DNA from: an uncultured bacterium
Lineage (GTDB): Bacteria > Krumholzibacteriota > Krumholzibacteriia > LZORAL124-64-63
Assembly (NCBI GenBank): GCA_965369705.1
Contig: CBDURF010000003.1
Span: forward strand, 1 to 49,149
Reading direction: 5' to 3'
DNA length: 49,149 nucleotides
The notes under the pieces were generated by a model. It did no database searches, had not been told where the DNA came from, and saw only the letters and a program-made list of their open reading frames with translations. Shown one piece after another: positions 19,486-29,329 of the stretch (position 1 is its first letter; each line of letters opens with the position of its first letter). A program made the translations under genes and the position numbers.

Positions 19486-19785
19486 TCAACCGGCGCCTTC
19501 TCCCCGGCCCTTGATAGGACCCTCATTCCCGTCCCCGTCCCCGTTCCCGTCCCCATCTCCATCCCGGATCTTCTTGCGGATTCCGTCGAGGTCCACCTTT
19601 TGGGATTCCGCGGCGCCCAGCATGGAGCTTTTGATCTCCTCGTAGATCTCGTGCCGGTGAACGGGTATGGACCGCGGCGCGTCGATTCCGATCTGGACCT
19701 GGTCACCACGTATGTCGACGATCATGATGGAGATGTCGTCTCCAATCATGATCTTTTCGTTGCGCTTTCGGCTGAGTATGAGCAC
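19486..19785 (-). CDS. csrA: Carbon storage regulator CsrA with Gly/Asp tail
   Basis: [30 protein letters not shown]. Confidence 0.96.
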   Translation of the reverse strand: MLILSRKRNEKIMIGDDISIMIVDIRGDQVQIGIDAPRSIPVHRHEIYEEIKSSMLGAAESQKVDLDGIRKKIRDGDGDGNGDGDGNEGPIKGRGEGAG

Positions 19786-19838
19786 GGGACCTCCCTGTCC
19801 TGTCTCCGGAATGCCGCACGGCGCATGCCGGGTCGAGG

Positions 19839-20432
19839 CTAAACCCCGGCGGGCTCGGGCGTTTCCACGTCGGATCGGACCTGAGACTGACCGGTTTCGG
19901 ACGAAGAATCAAGCTTTTCTTGACTTGGAGCTTGACCAGGTTCCTTTCCGTCAACGGTCACCTGTATATTCTCCGACGACTGGACATCTACGGCAAGCCC
20001 AAATTTCAAGTAATTCATTTCCTGCTGCACACTCAAATCCGGGTCACTCAAGACCAGCTGGAGACCCTGACGGGTGTCCACGTTGATCACCAAAGGCGCC
20101 AACAGGTTACCCGTGATCCGGGTTCCCCCGGGGTAGACGGTGGTGATGATGAAAATCGCCAGCCATTCCCCCTCCTTTCCCTTGAGAATCGGTTCCGAGG
20201 CCGACGGAATGGAAATATCGTAGGTGTCGGCGAAAAAGGCCGGCTGGCTGATCGGAAAACCGAAATCCCCCCTGTCCAGAGACTGGAACCACTTCATGGG
20301 GAGATCATCGCCCATTTCAAGGACCAGCCAGTTGCGGAGATCGGGCATGCCCACCAGGCCCTCGGGCAGCTGGACGACGTCCTCGTCGCGGTAGGCAAGT
20401 TCTCCGAAGCGCACGGTCTGAATCTTAGGCAT
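19839..20432 (-). CDS. fliW: Flagellar assembly factor FliW
   Basis: [26 protein letters not shown]; AAGGAG RBS; adjacent to csrA. Confidence 0.92.
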   Translation of the reverse strand: MPKIQTVRFGELAYRDEDVVQLPEGLVGMPDLRNWLVLEMGDDLPMKWFQSLDRGDFGFPISQPAFFADTYDISIPSASEPILKGKEGEWLAIFIITTVYPGGTRITGNLLAPLVINVDTRQGLQLVLSDPDLSVQQEMNYLKFGLAVDVQSSENIQVTVDGKEPGQAPSQEKLDSSSETGQSQVRSDVETPEPAGV

Positions 20433-20482
20433 CGTTAGCTCCTTGTCGGTCGAAGCCGGATTCCACCGGCTCATCCCACTTG

Positions 20483-22024
20483 TTAACGCAGGTACCACAT
20501 CAGGTTGTTTTCAAAGAGCTTGCTTGTTACAAGCAAACTGGCCTGATAACTGGCCTCAGCCCTGCTCAGGTCTGTGGCCACCCTGGCCACGTCGACATCG
20601 CGTTCCAGGGACAGGTTGGAGTTCAACCTTTCGTCCCTGTGCAGAAGGATTCTTTCGGCCCAATCCAGATCGTTCTCCCGGCCGCCGATTTTTACCAGGA
20701 GCCCGTTCACGGTCCGGCTCATGGCCAAGAGTTCGCTGACCGCGCCCAGGACGGCGTCCTTGTCACCAGCCAGCAGGGAGGTCTGTAGGTCCTCCATGAC
20801 GCCGAAAAGTCGTACGGGAGTTCCTTCGCCGCTGATCCCCAGGGCAGTGGCGGTACCTGTGCCGTCCGCATCCCGGATGGTGAAGGCGGTGGAACTGGGC
20901 CCAACGACCTGCAGGAAACCGTCCTGGAGAAGCAATTCCATGCCCGGCATGGAGGCAGCAAACTGATCCTGGATGTCGCCCAGGGTCGTCGCGGCGCCAA
21001 GATTGAGGTTGGTGACTCCTCCCTCCCACTGGATTTCCAGGGACCCCAGGGGCAGATTTCCTGCCAGGGCGGGGATTTCGCTCAGCAGCGTGCCGCGGTC
21101 CGGATTGGTCCTGATATCTGATCCCCGCAGGGTGTTGCCGTCGGTCGCGGCGTTGATGCCCAGGGACAGGGCCGTGCCGCCACCCTCAATCTCTCCAACG
21201 GTCAAAGGACCGCTCCCGGTAAGGACCAGGCCCAAACCATCCTCGGATATGGTGGCTGCGACGACTCCCTTGGTGCTGGTCTGGATTCTGCTGATCACGT
21301 CCCCGACGGTGACCGCGTCCGACAGGTCGATCCGGTAACTTGTCCCATTCCCCAGGGTGATGGAGATACTGCCGGCTTGCCAGCCCTCCCCCTGGTTCAG
21401 ATCCGCCAGAAGAGTCGTGTCTCTTAGAGCAGGCCCCAGATTGACCTGTCCGCCGAGGCTCGCCGCCTGGCTGCCCATGAAGATGTCTCCTGGAATATTC
21501 AGGACCATAGTGGAATTGGGCCCGGTGCGGCCGCTGACCTCGCCATTGTCGCCAATGTAGCTCACCGTTCCGCCGCTCATGACGAAGGGTGCTTGGTCGG
21601 TGCGCCGGCCGGCGAAGATGTAGTGGCTCTCGATGGAGGTGTTCAGGATTTCCAGCATGCGCCCTACCAGGTTATCCACTTCCTCGGCGGAGTTTTTCAT
21701 GGTCTCCGGGTTGGCCAGCGTGGAGGATTCCCTCAAGGCGATGACCCGCACGTCGGCCAGGATTTCACTCAGGTCCTGCAGGGCGATATCCGTTCCGTCC
21801 ACCAGTGTCCGGCTTCGGCTGATGTTGCTCAGGTAGCTGTCGTTCCGGGTGATCAGGGAGTTGAGGCGTTGGATAGTGCTTACGGCACGTGGGTCATCCG
21901 CGTAGGAATTGACCCGTTGCAGGCTGCCGGCCATGCGCTGCTGCTCCAGCAAACGGTTCAAACTGCGGTTGAGATCCCCGACGAGAATCAAGGACAGGTA
22001 GCTGTCGGTAATGCGGATGCTCAT
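20483..22024 (-). CDS. flgL: Hook-associated protein 3 FlgL with large central insertion
   Basis: MSIRIT, DDP, YIFAG..T..APF, C-terminal DVD..YQASL..L..YLR; 513 aa. Confidence 0.9.
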   Translation of the reverse strand: MSIRITDSYLSLILVGDLNRSLNRLLEQQRMAGSLQRVNSYADDPRAVSTIQRLNSLITRNDSYLSNISRSRTLVDGTDIALQDLSEILADVRVIALRESSTLANPETMKNSAEEVDNLVGRMLEILNTSIESHYIFAGRRTDQAPFVMSGGTVSYIGDNGEVSGRTGPNSTMVLNIPGDIFMGSQAASLGGQVNLGPALRDTTLLADLNQGEGWQAGSISITLGNGTSYRIDLSDAVTVGDVISRIQTSTKGVVAATISEDGLGLVLTGSGPLTVGEIEGGGTALSLGINAATDGNTLRGSDIRTNPDRGTLLSEIPALAGNLPLGSLEIQWEGGVTNLNLGAATTLGDIQDQFAASMPGMELLLQDGFLQVVGPSSTAFTIRDADGTGTATALGISGEGTPVRLFGVMEDLQTSLLAGDKDAVLGAVSELLAMSRTVNGLLVKIGGRENDLDWAERILLHRDERLNSNLSLERDVDVARVATDLSRAEASYQASLLVTSKLFENNLMWYLR

Positions 22025-22037
22025 TGCCTATCTTCCC

Positions 22038-23408
22038 TTACACGATATTCAGCAGGGTGTCGTACATCTCCTGCACCGTGGCGATCACTTTGGCGGCCGC
22101 GTTGTAACTATTCTGGTAGCGCACCAGGTTGGCCCCCTCCTCGTCGAGGCTCACCCCGCTGATGCTGGCCATTCTGGCCGAGAGGGAGGCCACCACGCTC
22201 AACTGGTTTTCCACCATGAATTGAAAACTGCTGCTGCTGCCGGCCACGTCCGTGATGACAAACCGGTAGGACTCGTTGACCGATTTCCGGTCCGGCCCGT
22301 ACAGGCTGGCGCGGCCCAGGTCGGCGATTGCCAGGGCGATGTCGTTGTCGGCCGCGGTCCCCGTCCGTCCGGTGGCCACCAGGCTTTCATTGTTGAGCAG
22401 GGCCTCGTTGACGCCGATGGTATGCATGCTGTCACCGGTGAAGAACATCACGCCCCGGCCGCCGGCGGTCAGACCCTGGGTGTGCAGGCCGTTGACTTCC
22501 GCGATCAACTGCCGGGCCACCGAGTCCAGATGTTCCCGAACCTCGCGGACATGGATATTCTTGGCCGCCAGCAGTCCTTCCAGCCTCCCGGGTGAAAGCG
22601 CGACATCCTGCTGGTTTCCTTCGGTCACCACGGCAAAGGTGTATCCGTCGCCGTCGGGCCGGTAGATTCCCTCGAACAGGGTGACCCGGTCCCTGGTGAC
22701 CATGGTGCGTCCGGCCAGGATGATGTCCTTGGAACCGTCTTGGCGCTCCAGGACCGAAACCTCGGCAAGTTCGGACAGCTGGGTGATCTTCAGATCCCGC
22801 TGGTCACGCAGGTCGTTGGCGGGTTGTCCGTTGGTCTCCGCCACCATGACCTGGCGGTTGAGTTCACCAATTTCCTGCAGCAGCCGGTTGAGGTTCTCGG
22901 CTTCAGCCTGGATACTTTTTTCCAGGTCCGTTTCGAGTCTTCGCAAGGCCTCATCGATGGCCTGGAAATCCGCCACCAGGGTCTCGGCCTTGGCCACGAC
23001 ATTCAGCTTGAGGCTTGCGTTGAAGGGCGGCTGGGCCAGGTCGTTCCAGGCTTCGAAAAAGTTGTTGAGGGCGTCGCCCAGGTGGTCGTTTTCCACCGAC
23101 CCGAGGATGCCCTCGATGTCGTACAGCGCCGTGTCGACCGCGGCATAGGAAAATAGACGCGAGGTCTGCGACCTCAGGTTGCCCAGCAGGAATTCATCCT
23201 GGATGCGGCGGATCCCCAGTACTTCGACACCTCGCCCGATGGCCCCGTAAGCCAGGATTTCCGGACGTCTGGTGCCGAAAATGACATCCTGTCGATTGAA
23301 GCCGGGAGTATTGGCGTTGGCGATGTTGTGTCCACTGGTGGCCAGACCGGCCTGGGCAGCCATCAGGGCCGACAGGCTGTTGTCCATGATCGCATTCAGT
23401 CCTGACAT
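22038..23408 (-). CDS. flgK: Hook-associated protein 1 FlgK
   Basis: GHNIANANTPGF.RQ, NDLRDQRD, SGVSLDEE..NL..YQ..Y.A.AKVI. Confidence 0.96.
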   Translation of the reverse strand: MSGLNAIMDNSLSALMAAQAGLATSGHNIANANTPGFNRQDVIFGTRRPEILAYGAIGRGVEVLGIRRIQDEFLLGNLRSQTSRLFSYAAVDTALYDIEGILGSVENDHLGDALNNFFEAWNDLAQPPFNASLKLNVVAKAETLVADFQAIDEALRRLETDLEKSIQAEAENLNRLLQEIGELNRQVMVAETNGQPANDLRDQRDLKITQLSELAEVSVLERQDGSKDIILAGRTMVTRDRVTLFEGIYRPDGDGYTFAVVTEGNQQDVALSPGRLEGLLAAKNIHVREVREHLDSVARQLIAEVNGLHTQGLTAGGRGVMFFTGDSMHTIGVNEALLNNESLVATGRTGTAADNDIALAIADLGRASLYGPDRKSVNESYRFVITDVAGSSSSFQFMVENQLSVVASLSARMASISGVSLDEEGANLVRYQNSYNAAAKVIATVQEMYDTLLNIV

Positions 23409-23419
23409 GGGTGGTCCTT

Positions 23420-23947
23420 TCAGGCCTGCCGCACGATGACGCCGCCGGGGCCGCGCCCCAGGTTGCGTGCGTCCTCGTCGTAACAACCAGCCGGGTTTTC
23501 GAGCACCGCACTCTTGAATATCTCCGCTTCCTCATGGACGAGGTCGAGACAGAACTCGGCCAACAGGCGATTCAACTCATTTTGTCGGGCCAATTTTGCC
23601 GCTACCCGGCGAACTTGGCCGAGGGCCCCGGCCACGGTTCGTTTGGTCTCGGGGTCCGTATAGTCCAGAAGGTCCTCCACCCTTCCCGGTGGAATGCTCA
23701 GCCCGTTTTTGGAGGCTAGTTCTCCGACATACCGCTCGCGAGCTATCCTGGCTTCGTCGGCCAAGGGCAGGTAGCGGCCCCATTCCTTGGCATTCGCCTC
23801 CAGACGGTCCACATCTTGCCGTTGCATGTAAGAATTCTGACGCCAGGCCAACCGCAGCAGTCTCCGGTATTGTGTGCCTTCCATGTCGAGAACGGCTCCC
23901 AAACGGAGGCAATCCTCGTTTTTCAGCCTGGTGACATCGTTTTGCAT
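23420..23947 (-). CDS. flgN: Flagellar export chaperone FlgN
   Basis: Upstream of flgK; helical; QNELNRLL and Y...A C-terminal pattern. Confidence 0.75.
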   Translation of the reverse strand: MQNDVTRLKNEDCLRLGAVLDMEGTQYRRLLRLAWRQNSYMQRQDVDRLEANAKEWGRYLPLADEARIARERYVGELASKNGLSIPPGRVEDLLDYTDPETKRTVAGALGQVRRVAAKLARQNELNRLLAEFCLDLVHEEAEIFKSAVLENPAGCYDEDARNLGRGPGGVIVRQA

Positions 23948-23987
23948 TTCCGCAGCTCCTCACGGGATTTGAGCTAAATGACTTGTT

Positions 23988-24923
23988 CTAGGGGCCGGGG
24001 GACGCCAGATGCGTGCCACCACCCAGTTGTTCGTACCTTTCCAGGACTCTATTGACATAGCGCCTTGTTTCCGGAAATGGAGGCACCTTTCCCCCCAAGC
24101 GGTCCACCGTGCCAGGTCCGGCGTTATAGGCTGCCAGGGCCACATCCAGTTTCCCGGCGAATTTTCCCAACATGTCCGCCAGGTAGCGAGCTCCGCCGTG
24201 CAGATTCTGGGCCGCATCGGTTCGGTCCTCCACGCCCAGATCCCGGGCTGTGTCGGGCATCAACTGCATCAGGCCCAAGGCGCCCTTGTTCGAGCGGGCA
24301 CGTGGATCTCCGCCCGATTCCTCCATCATCACCGACAGGATGAGGGCGGGATCAAGACCGGACCCTCGGGCGGCGCTCTCGATTTCCCGTTCGAACCTTT
24401 TCAGAGTGTCGGCAACGGCCGGTTCCTGTTGTTCGGCCAAGTGGGCCAACCGCTTCCTGGCGGCCGCTTCGGGACCGACCGAAATCATGTTCCGATAGCG
24501 CGACAGGACTTTGGGCGAAGGTGGACCCTGGACCGGTCCACCGGATTCGGGGCTTGCCGAATCCGCGCTCGGGTCCCGGGAAAGTTGTCTTACGATCATG
24601 TCCGCAATGCCCATGCCCGAATGTCCCATGGCCAGAGTCTTGGCGATTTCGGCATCATGCATCTGCCGGTAGAATTTCGTGGCGCCGCCGCCGTTGAAAA
24701 GTTCGTTGGCGGGAACCGTCTGGCGCATGGCCTTCAGGAGGGTGTTCAGGAATACCCCTTCGAATTCCTGGGCGGCTTTCTCCAGGCCCGCCTTTTCGGC
24801 TGGGGAGCTGGTTGTTCCGGACTTTTCCACCTCGTCGAGGGACCGCAGAAGACGCACCTGTCCGGCCCGCTCACCCGCCGCGGCGACCAGCCTGTCCAGA
24901 GACTCCAGCCCCGGAAATTCCAT
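23988..24923 (-). CDS. flgJ: FlgJ rod-binding domain fused to SLT (GH23) lytic transglycosylase
   Basis: AAQEFEGVF..LLKAMR.TV rod-cap motif; ESGG, GALGLMQLMP, AAYNAGPG, ETRRYV. Confidence 0.88.
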   Translation of the reverse strand: MEFPGLESLDRLVAAAGERAGQVRLLRSLDEVEKSGTTSSPAEKAGLEKAAQEFEGVFLNTLLKAMRQTVPANELFNGGGATKFYRQMHDAEIAKTLAMGHSGMGIADMIVRQLSRDPSADSASPESGGPVQGPPSPKVLSRYRNMISVGPEAAARKRLAHLAEQQEPAVADTLKRFEREIESAARGSGLDPALILSVMMEESGGDPRARSNKGALGLMQLMPDTARDLGVEDRTDAAQNLHGGARYLADMLGKFAGKLDVALAAYNAGPGTVDRLGGKVPPFPETRRYVNRVLERYEQLGGGTHLASPGP

Positions 24924-24943
24924 CGACGGCTCCTTCGGTTCTC

Positions 24944-26080
24944 CTACATCAGGATCAATTCGGCCTGCAGCGACCCTGCCCTTTTCAGGGCCTCCAGAAT
25001 GGCGATGATGTCACGGGGACTCGCCCCGATGTCGTTCAGCACGCCGACCACGTCCGCAACGGTGCTGGTGTCCGGCACCCTCAGGACCTGGGCTTCGGTG
25101 TCCTGAACCTGGGTATTGACTTCGGGCACGACCACGGTATCGCCCCGCCGGCTGAAGGAACTGGGCTGGGAGACATCGTAATAGGTGCTGACGATGACCT
25201 TCAGGTTTCCGTGGGCCACGGCGGCTTCCTTGAGCTTGACGTTCTTGCCCACGATGATGGTGCCCGTGCGTTCATTGACCACGACCCTCGCCACCACGTC
25301 GCTGCGAGCCTCGAGTTCGCTCATCCTGGCGATGAACCCCACCGGATCCGCGTTCTGCTCCACCGGGATGGTCACCTGGATGCGTTGGGCGTCCTGGGCC
25401 TGGGCGGTTCCCTCGCCGAATTCCCGGTTGATGGAAGCGGCCACCGCCGAGGCGGTGACGAAATCGGGGTTGTGAAGCAACCAGGCCACCCGGCCTCCGC
25501 GCATGAAATTCCCGTCCAACCGGACCTTTACCGAACCCCCGCTGGAAACCAGGCCGGCTTGCGCGTGGTTCTTGCGGTAACTGTTGCCCGCCCCCGCTTT
25601 AACGTTGAATCCGCCGATGGAAACGCTTCCCTGGGCCAGCACGCACAGGGTGCCGTCGGCCGCCCGCAACGGGGTCATGACCAGGTGTCCACCTTCCAGA
25701 CTGGTGGCGTCGTTCAGGGAGTTGACCTTGACGTCGATCAGGCCGCCCACGTTGGTGTTCGGATCAAGAGTGCCCGTCACGATCACGGCAGCTACATTTT
25801 TGGCTTTCAGATCTCGCGGACTGATGGTGACATCCAGATTTTCCAGGAGCATGGCGATGGAGTTGGCCGTGTTCTGGACCGAATAGCTGTCGCCGCTTCC
25901 ATTCAGGCCCACCACGAGCCCATAGCCGACCAGGGGTTCCTTGGTCGTCCCCTGCAGGAAGGCCAGATCCTTGAGACGCGAAGTCTCCTGGGCCGCGACC
26001 GGGGTCAAGACCACGAGCGCCGCCAATACCACAAGAAGAGCCGTCAAGCCCGCTCGCGACCTTCGTGAATATCCAGACAT
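24944..26080 (-). CDS. flgI: P-ring protein FlgI
   Basis: RLKDL, GYGLVVGL.G.GD, KNVAAV, SLEGG.L, VVNERTGTI, LKRAGSLQAEL. Confidence 0.97.
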   Translation of the reverse strand: MSGYSRRSRAGLTALLVVLAALVVLTPVAAQETSRLKDLAFLQGTTKEPLVGYGLVVGLNGSGDSYSVQNTANSIAMLLENLDVTISPRDLKAKNVAAVIVTGTLDPNTNVGGLIDVKVNSLNDATSLEGGHLVMTPLRAADGTLCVLAQGSVSIGGFNVKAGAGNSYRKNHAQAGLVSSGGSVKVRLDGNFMRGGRVAWLLHNPDFVTASAVAASINREFGEGTAQAQDAQRIQVTIPVEQNADPVGFIARMSELEARSDVVARVVVNERTGTIIVGKNVKLKEAAVAHGNLKVIVSTYYDVSQPSSFSRRGDTVVVPEVNTQVQDTEAQVLRVPDTSTVADVVGVLNDIGASPRDIIAILEALKRAGSLQAELILM

Positions 26081-26090
26081 GCCGGTCCTC

Positions 26091-26714
26091 CTAGAACAGC
26101 CAGTTGAGAACACGTGTCACCACCCCCGGTTGCGAGGTGTCGTTGATGATGCCGGAACCGTTGTAGGCGATCTGCGCATCGGAGATGTAGGTGCTCAGAA
26201 TGGTGTTGTCCGCGCCGATGTCGCGGGCACGGCAGACCCCAGTGATCTCGATCAGCTGTTTTTCCCCGTTGATGTTGACCATCCGGGTCCCTTCCAGCCG
26301 GAAATCGCCGTTGTCCTGGATCTCGACGATGCGCGCTGAGATTTCCGCCCGAAGGTTGCCGTTGCGCTGGGTGTCGCCATCACCCAGGTATTTGTTCTCG
26401 ACCGTCATGTCCCATGGCTTGATGAAGTCGAGCCAGCCGAGAGCCGGCCCGCCCCTGGTTTCGCTCTTGTTGTTCGCCCTGGTCCTGCTGGTGGCGTTGG
26501 CCACGGCGCGCTCGGTGATGATGATGGTGATAAGGTCCCCCACCTTGCGGGCCTTGATGTTCGATACCAGGGATTCCCCGGTCTCGAAATCCACCAGCGG
26601 CGTCTTGGCCTCCGAGACCACGGCCATGAGGAGGCCGGGCAGCAGACAAGCCATAACGATGATCGAGCTCGTTACTCGCTTATCCGATCCCTGTCGTGTG
26701 TTGATGGGAGTCAT
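26091..26714 (-). CDS. flgH: L-ring protein FlgH
   Basis: A..VGDLITI.I.E, NG..R.EG, R.RDI..DNTI.S..I.DA.I.Y.G.G. Confidence 0.92.
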   Translation of the reverse strand: MTPINTRQGSDKRVTSSIIVMACLLPGLLMAVVSEAKTPLVDFETGESLVSNIKARKVGDLITIIITERAVANATSRTRANNKSETRGGPALGWLDFIKPWDMTVENKYLGDGDTQRNGNLRAEISARIVEIQDNGDFRLEGTRMVNINGEKQLIEITGVCRARDIGADNTILSTYISDAQIAYNGSGIINDTSQPGVVTRVLNWLF

Positions 26715-26717
26715 GGG

Positions 26718-27671
26718 TCACCTTCTCCATTCCACGAGGCCGGGTCCGACCACACGGGCGTTGACCAACCTTCCTGTCAATTCGCTGCGAACGGGTATCG
26801 TCTGGCCCAGGCAGCCGTTCTGCCGGGCGAAAGCCCGGACCGAGACGGCGACCTGGCCGCGTCTGACCTGCAATTCCACTGGATCGCCGGCCAGGATGAC
26901 GGGCGTCTCCTTCAAATCCGCTTGCCGCAGGTAATCTCCGGCTTTGAGATTCCGGGTCGGGCTGGCCCCCTGGATGCTGGTCCGATGGACGGACAGACCG
27001 TGGTCCAGATCGGCAAGATCCTGCCACTGCCAGTCGAACATGTTTTCTGCCAATGGCTTGTCGCGAGAAAGGTTGTTGCGGACACGCCCCACTTCGCCAA
27101 ATTGGTGCAGGGTGACGGTAACCGGAAAACTCTCTTCCCGGTTTCCGTCCACCACGCGGATCCGGACCAGGTTACGCCCGGGTTCGAGCAATTCCGTCCG
27201 GTCGGATTCGGCGTGCCAGGCGCCTGCGGCGGACAACTCGATGGCCGGAAGATCCAGTTCAAACCAGGAATCCGGAGCACCGGGATATGACGGCGGAACC
27301 AGTGGCTGGATGACCAGGCGGACCTCCTGGCGGATGTCCCCGGCGACCAATTCACGACCGGCGAAAATCAGATGGGTGTGGCTTGCTCCGGTCAGCCTGA
27401 CTCCGCCGGCCAGACCAGCGGTAACCAGACGACGCAGGATGTCCTGCCGGGAGACCGTCACCACGCAATTGGGCTTCAGACCAGCCCGGATCATCAGGTC
27501 CCGGACTTGAGCAGGGACGGGCCCCGCCGCCACGTCGCCCAGCCTGGCCAGGTCGTGGTCCAACACGACGGTATCCGGCATGACCAGGTTCCAGGTCCCG
27601 GCCGCACATACCGGCCCCGCCGCGCCCAGCAGCACGAAGATCAAGGCAAGGCATTTCCGGTTACCGGTCAT
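26718..27671 (-). CDS. flgA: P-ring formation chaperone FlgA
   Basis: Signal peptide, SAF-like region, C-terminal G..G..I.VR...GR.V.A.V. Confidence 0.85.
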   Translation of the reverse strand: MTGNRKCLALIFVLLGAAGPVCAAGTWNLVMPDTVVLDHDLARLGDVAAGPVPAQVRDLMIRAGLKPNCVVTVSRQDILRRLVTAGLAGGVRLTGASHTHLIFAGRELVAGDIRQEVRLVIQPLVPPSYPGAPDSWFELDLPAIELSAAGAWHAESDRTELLEPGRNLVRIRVVDGNREESFPVTVTLHQFGEVGRVRNNLSRDKPLAENMFDWQWQDLADLDHGLSVHRTSIQGASPTRNLKAGDYLRQADLKETPVILAGDPVELQVRRGQVAVSVRAFARQNGCLGQTIPVRSELTGRLVNARVVGPGLVEWRR

Positions 27672-27674
27672 CTT

Positions 27675-28466
27675 CTACCTTTTGAGGCGGTTGACGGTCT
27701 GCAGCATCTCGTCCGCCATGGTGATCGTCTTGGAATTCAATTCGTAGGCCCGTTGGGCGGAAATCATGCTGACCAATTCGTCCACCGTTTCCACGTTGCT
27801 CATTTCCAGAAAGCCCGAAGCTGTTTCCCCAATGCCGTTCAACCCGGGGGTTTCCAGGATGGGACGGCCGCTGGCCGGGGTTTCCACGAACAGGTTGCCG
27901 CCGCGGGCCATCAGTCCGGCGGCGTTGGGGAAGCGGGCCAGTTCGAGCTGGCCGATTTCCTGGATTCGGGAATCATCGCCCTGAAGGATCACGCTGATGA
28001 TGCCGTCCCGGGACACCGATAGTTCCAGGGCGTCCTCGGGAATCTGGACCGCGGGTTCCATACGGTAACCGGCGGAGGTGACGATGTTGCGGTCGGCGTC
28101 CATCTTGAAGGTTCCGTCGCGGGTGTACTTGATGGTGTCGTCGGCCAGGCGGACCTGGAAGAAGCCGTCGCCCTCGATCATCAGGTCCAGGGGATTGCCC
28201 GTGGATATCACTGTGCCTTGGCTGAAATTCTTGTTGGTGGCCACCAGTTTGACGCCGTGCCCGATCTCGATCCGGTTCGGTAGGACCCGGCCCTCGGCGT
28301 CCACCTGACCACCGGGCATCACCTTTTCGTAGAGCAGGTCCTGGAATTCGGTATGGCTCTTCTTGAAGCCCGTGGTGTTGACGTTGGCCAGGTTGTTGGC
28401 GATGGTGTCGATGTTCATCTGCTGGGCCTTCATGCCCGAGGCCGCGGTTCCCATGGCTCTAATCAT
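27675..28466 (-). CDS. flgG: Distal rod protein FlgG
   Basis: ANNLANVNTTGFK, FQDLLY, YTRDG.F, LEMSNV, AQRAYELNSK. Confidence 0.97.
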   Translation of the reverse strand: MIRAMGTAASGMKAQQMNIDTIANNLANVNTTGFKKSHTEFQDLLYEKVMPGGQVDAEGRVLPNRIEIGHGVKLVATNKNFSQGTVISTGNPLDLMIEGDGFFQVRLADDTIKYTRDGTFKMDADRNIVTSAGYRMEPAVQIPEDALELSVSRDGIISVILQGDDSRIQEIGQLELARFPNAAGLMARGGNLFVETPASGRPILETPGLNGIGETASGFLEMSNVETVDELVSMISAQRAYELNSKTITMADEMLQTVNRLKR

Positions 28467-28502
28467 TGGTTTTCCCCTTCCTATCCGTGGCCGTCATGCG
28501 AC

Positions 28503-29264
28503 CTAAGACCCCACGCGGGGCAGGTTGTTGACAGATTTTTCCAGCATCTCGTCTTCCGTCGTCATGACCTTGCTCTGCACCTCGAAGGCCCGTTGGGCCG
28601 TGATCATGGCAATGAGGGTGTCGATGGGATTGACATTGCTTCCCTCGAGGTGGCCCTGGGCCACCACGACTTCCGCCGGATCCAGGGTCCTGTTTTCCAT
28701 ATCGGCCGGCGGTTTGAGCAGGCTCGCCCCCAGATGTTCCAAACGGGTAGGATCGTCGAAAACCACCAGTTTCAAGCGGTCAATCGATTTCCCGTCCACC
28801 ATGACGGTTCCATCGTTGGCGATGGAGAATTCCGTTCCCGCCAGGCTGATGGGGCCGCGCTCACCCATGATCGGGAATCCGTCCGGCGTGGTCAGCCGCT
28901 GGTCCGCGTCCAGGATGAACGATCCGTGCCTGGTGTAGGCCGTACCGCCCTCGATTTTCACCTCGAAATACCCCTCGCCGATAATGGCCACGTCGGTGTC
29001 CCGGCCGGTGGCCTGTACACTTCCGGGTCTGTTGTCGAGGGAGTGATACATCTGAAGCACGGGTGCCCGCGACGGACCCACCGCCTTGGCGGGCATTTGT
29101 TCCGTGGGGCCCCCGAGTGGTTTTTGCGCCGTGACTTCCGCCACTCGGGTGAGGATCTGCTTGAAACCGGCGGTATTGACGTTGGCCAAGTTGTTGGCCA
29201 GGGCGTCGATCCGGTTCTGCTCCAGTTGCATGCCGTTTTCGGCCGTGTTCAGGCTCCTGATCAA
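28503..29264 (-). CDS. flgF: Proximal rod protein FlgF
   Basis: ANNLANVNTAGFK, TGR..DVAI.G.GYF, LEGSNVN; precedes flgG. Confidence 0.9.
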   Translation of the reverse strand: MIRSLNTAENGMQLEQNRIDALANNLANVNTAGFKQILTRVAEVTAQKPLGGPTEQMPAKAVGPSRAPVLQMYHSLDNRPGSVQATGRDTDVAIIGEGYFEVKIEGGTAYTRHGSFILDADQRLTTPDGFPIMGERGPISLAGTEFSIANDGTVMVDGKSIDRLKLVVFDDPTRLEHLGASLLKPPADMENRTLDPAEVVVAQGHLEGSNVNPIDTLIAMITAQRAFEVQSKVMTTEDEMLEKSVNNLPRVGS

Positions 29265-29314
29265 AACTGGTCCTTTCGGGGATGCACCTGTCCCATGTTT
29301 CCGTCAAGACAGGG

Positions 29315-29329
29315 GCAAAGGCCGTGCCC
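29315..29329 (-). promoter_or_regulatory. Sigma54 -24/-12 promoter for the flgF-to-csrA operon
   Basis: Minus strand GGCACGGCCTTTGC; followed by CCCT exactly as in the 9798 promoter. Confidence 0.78.
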
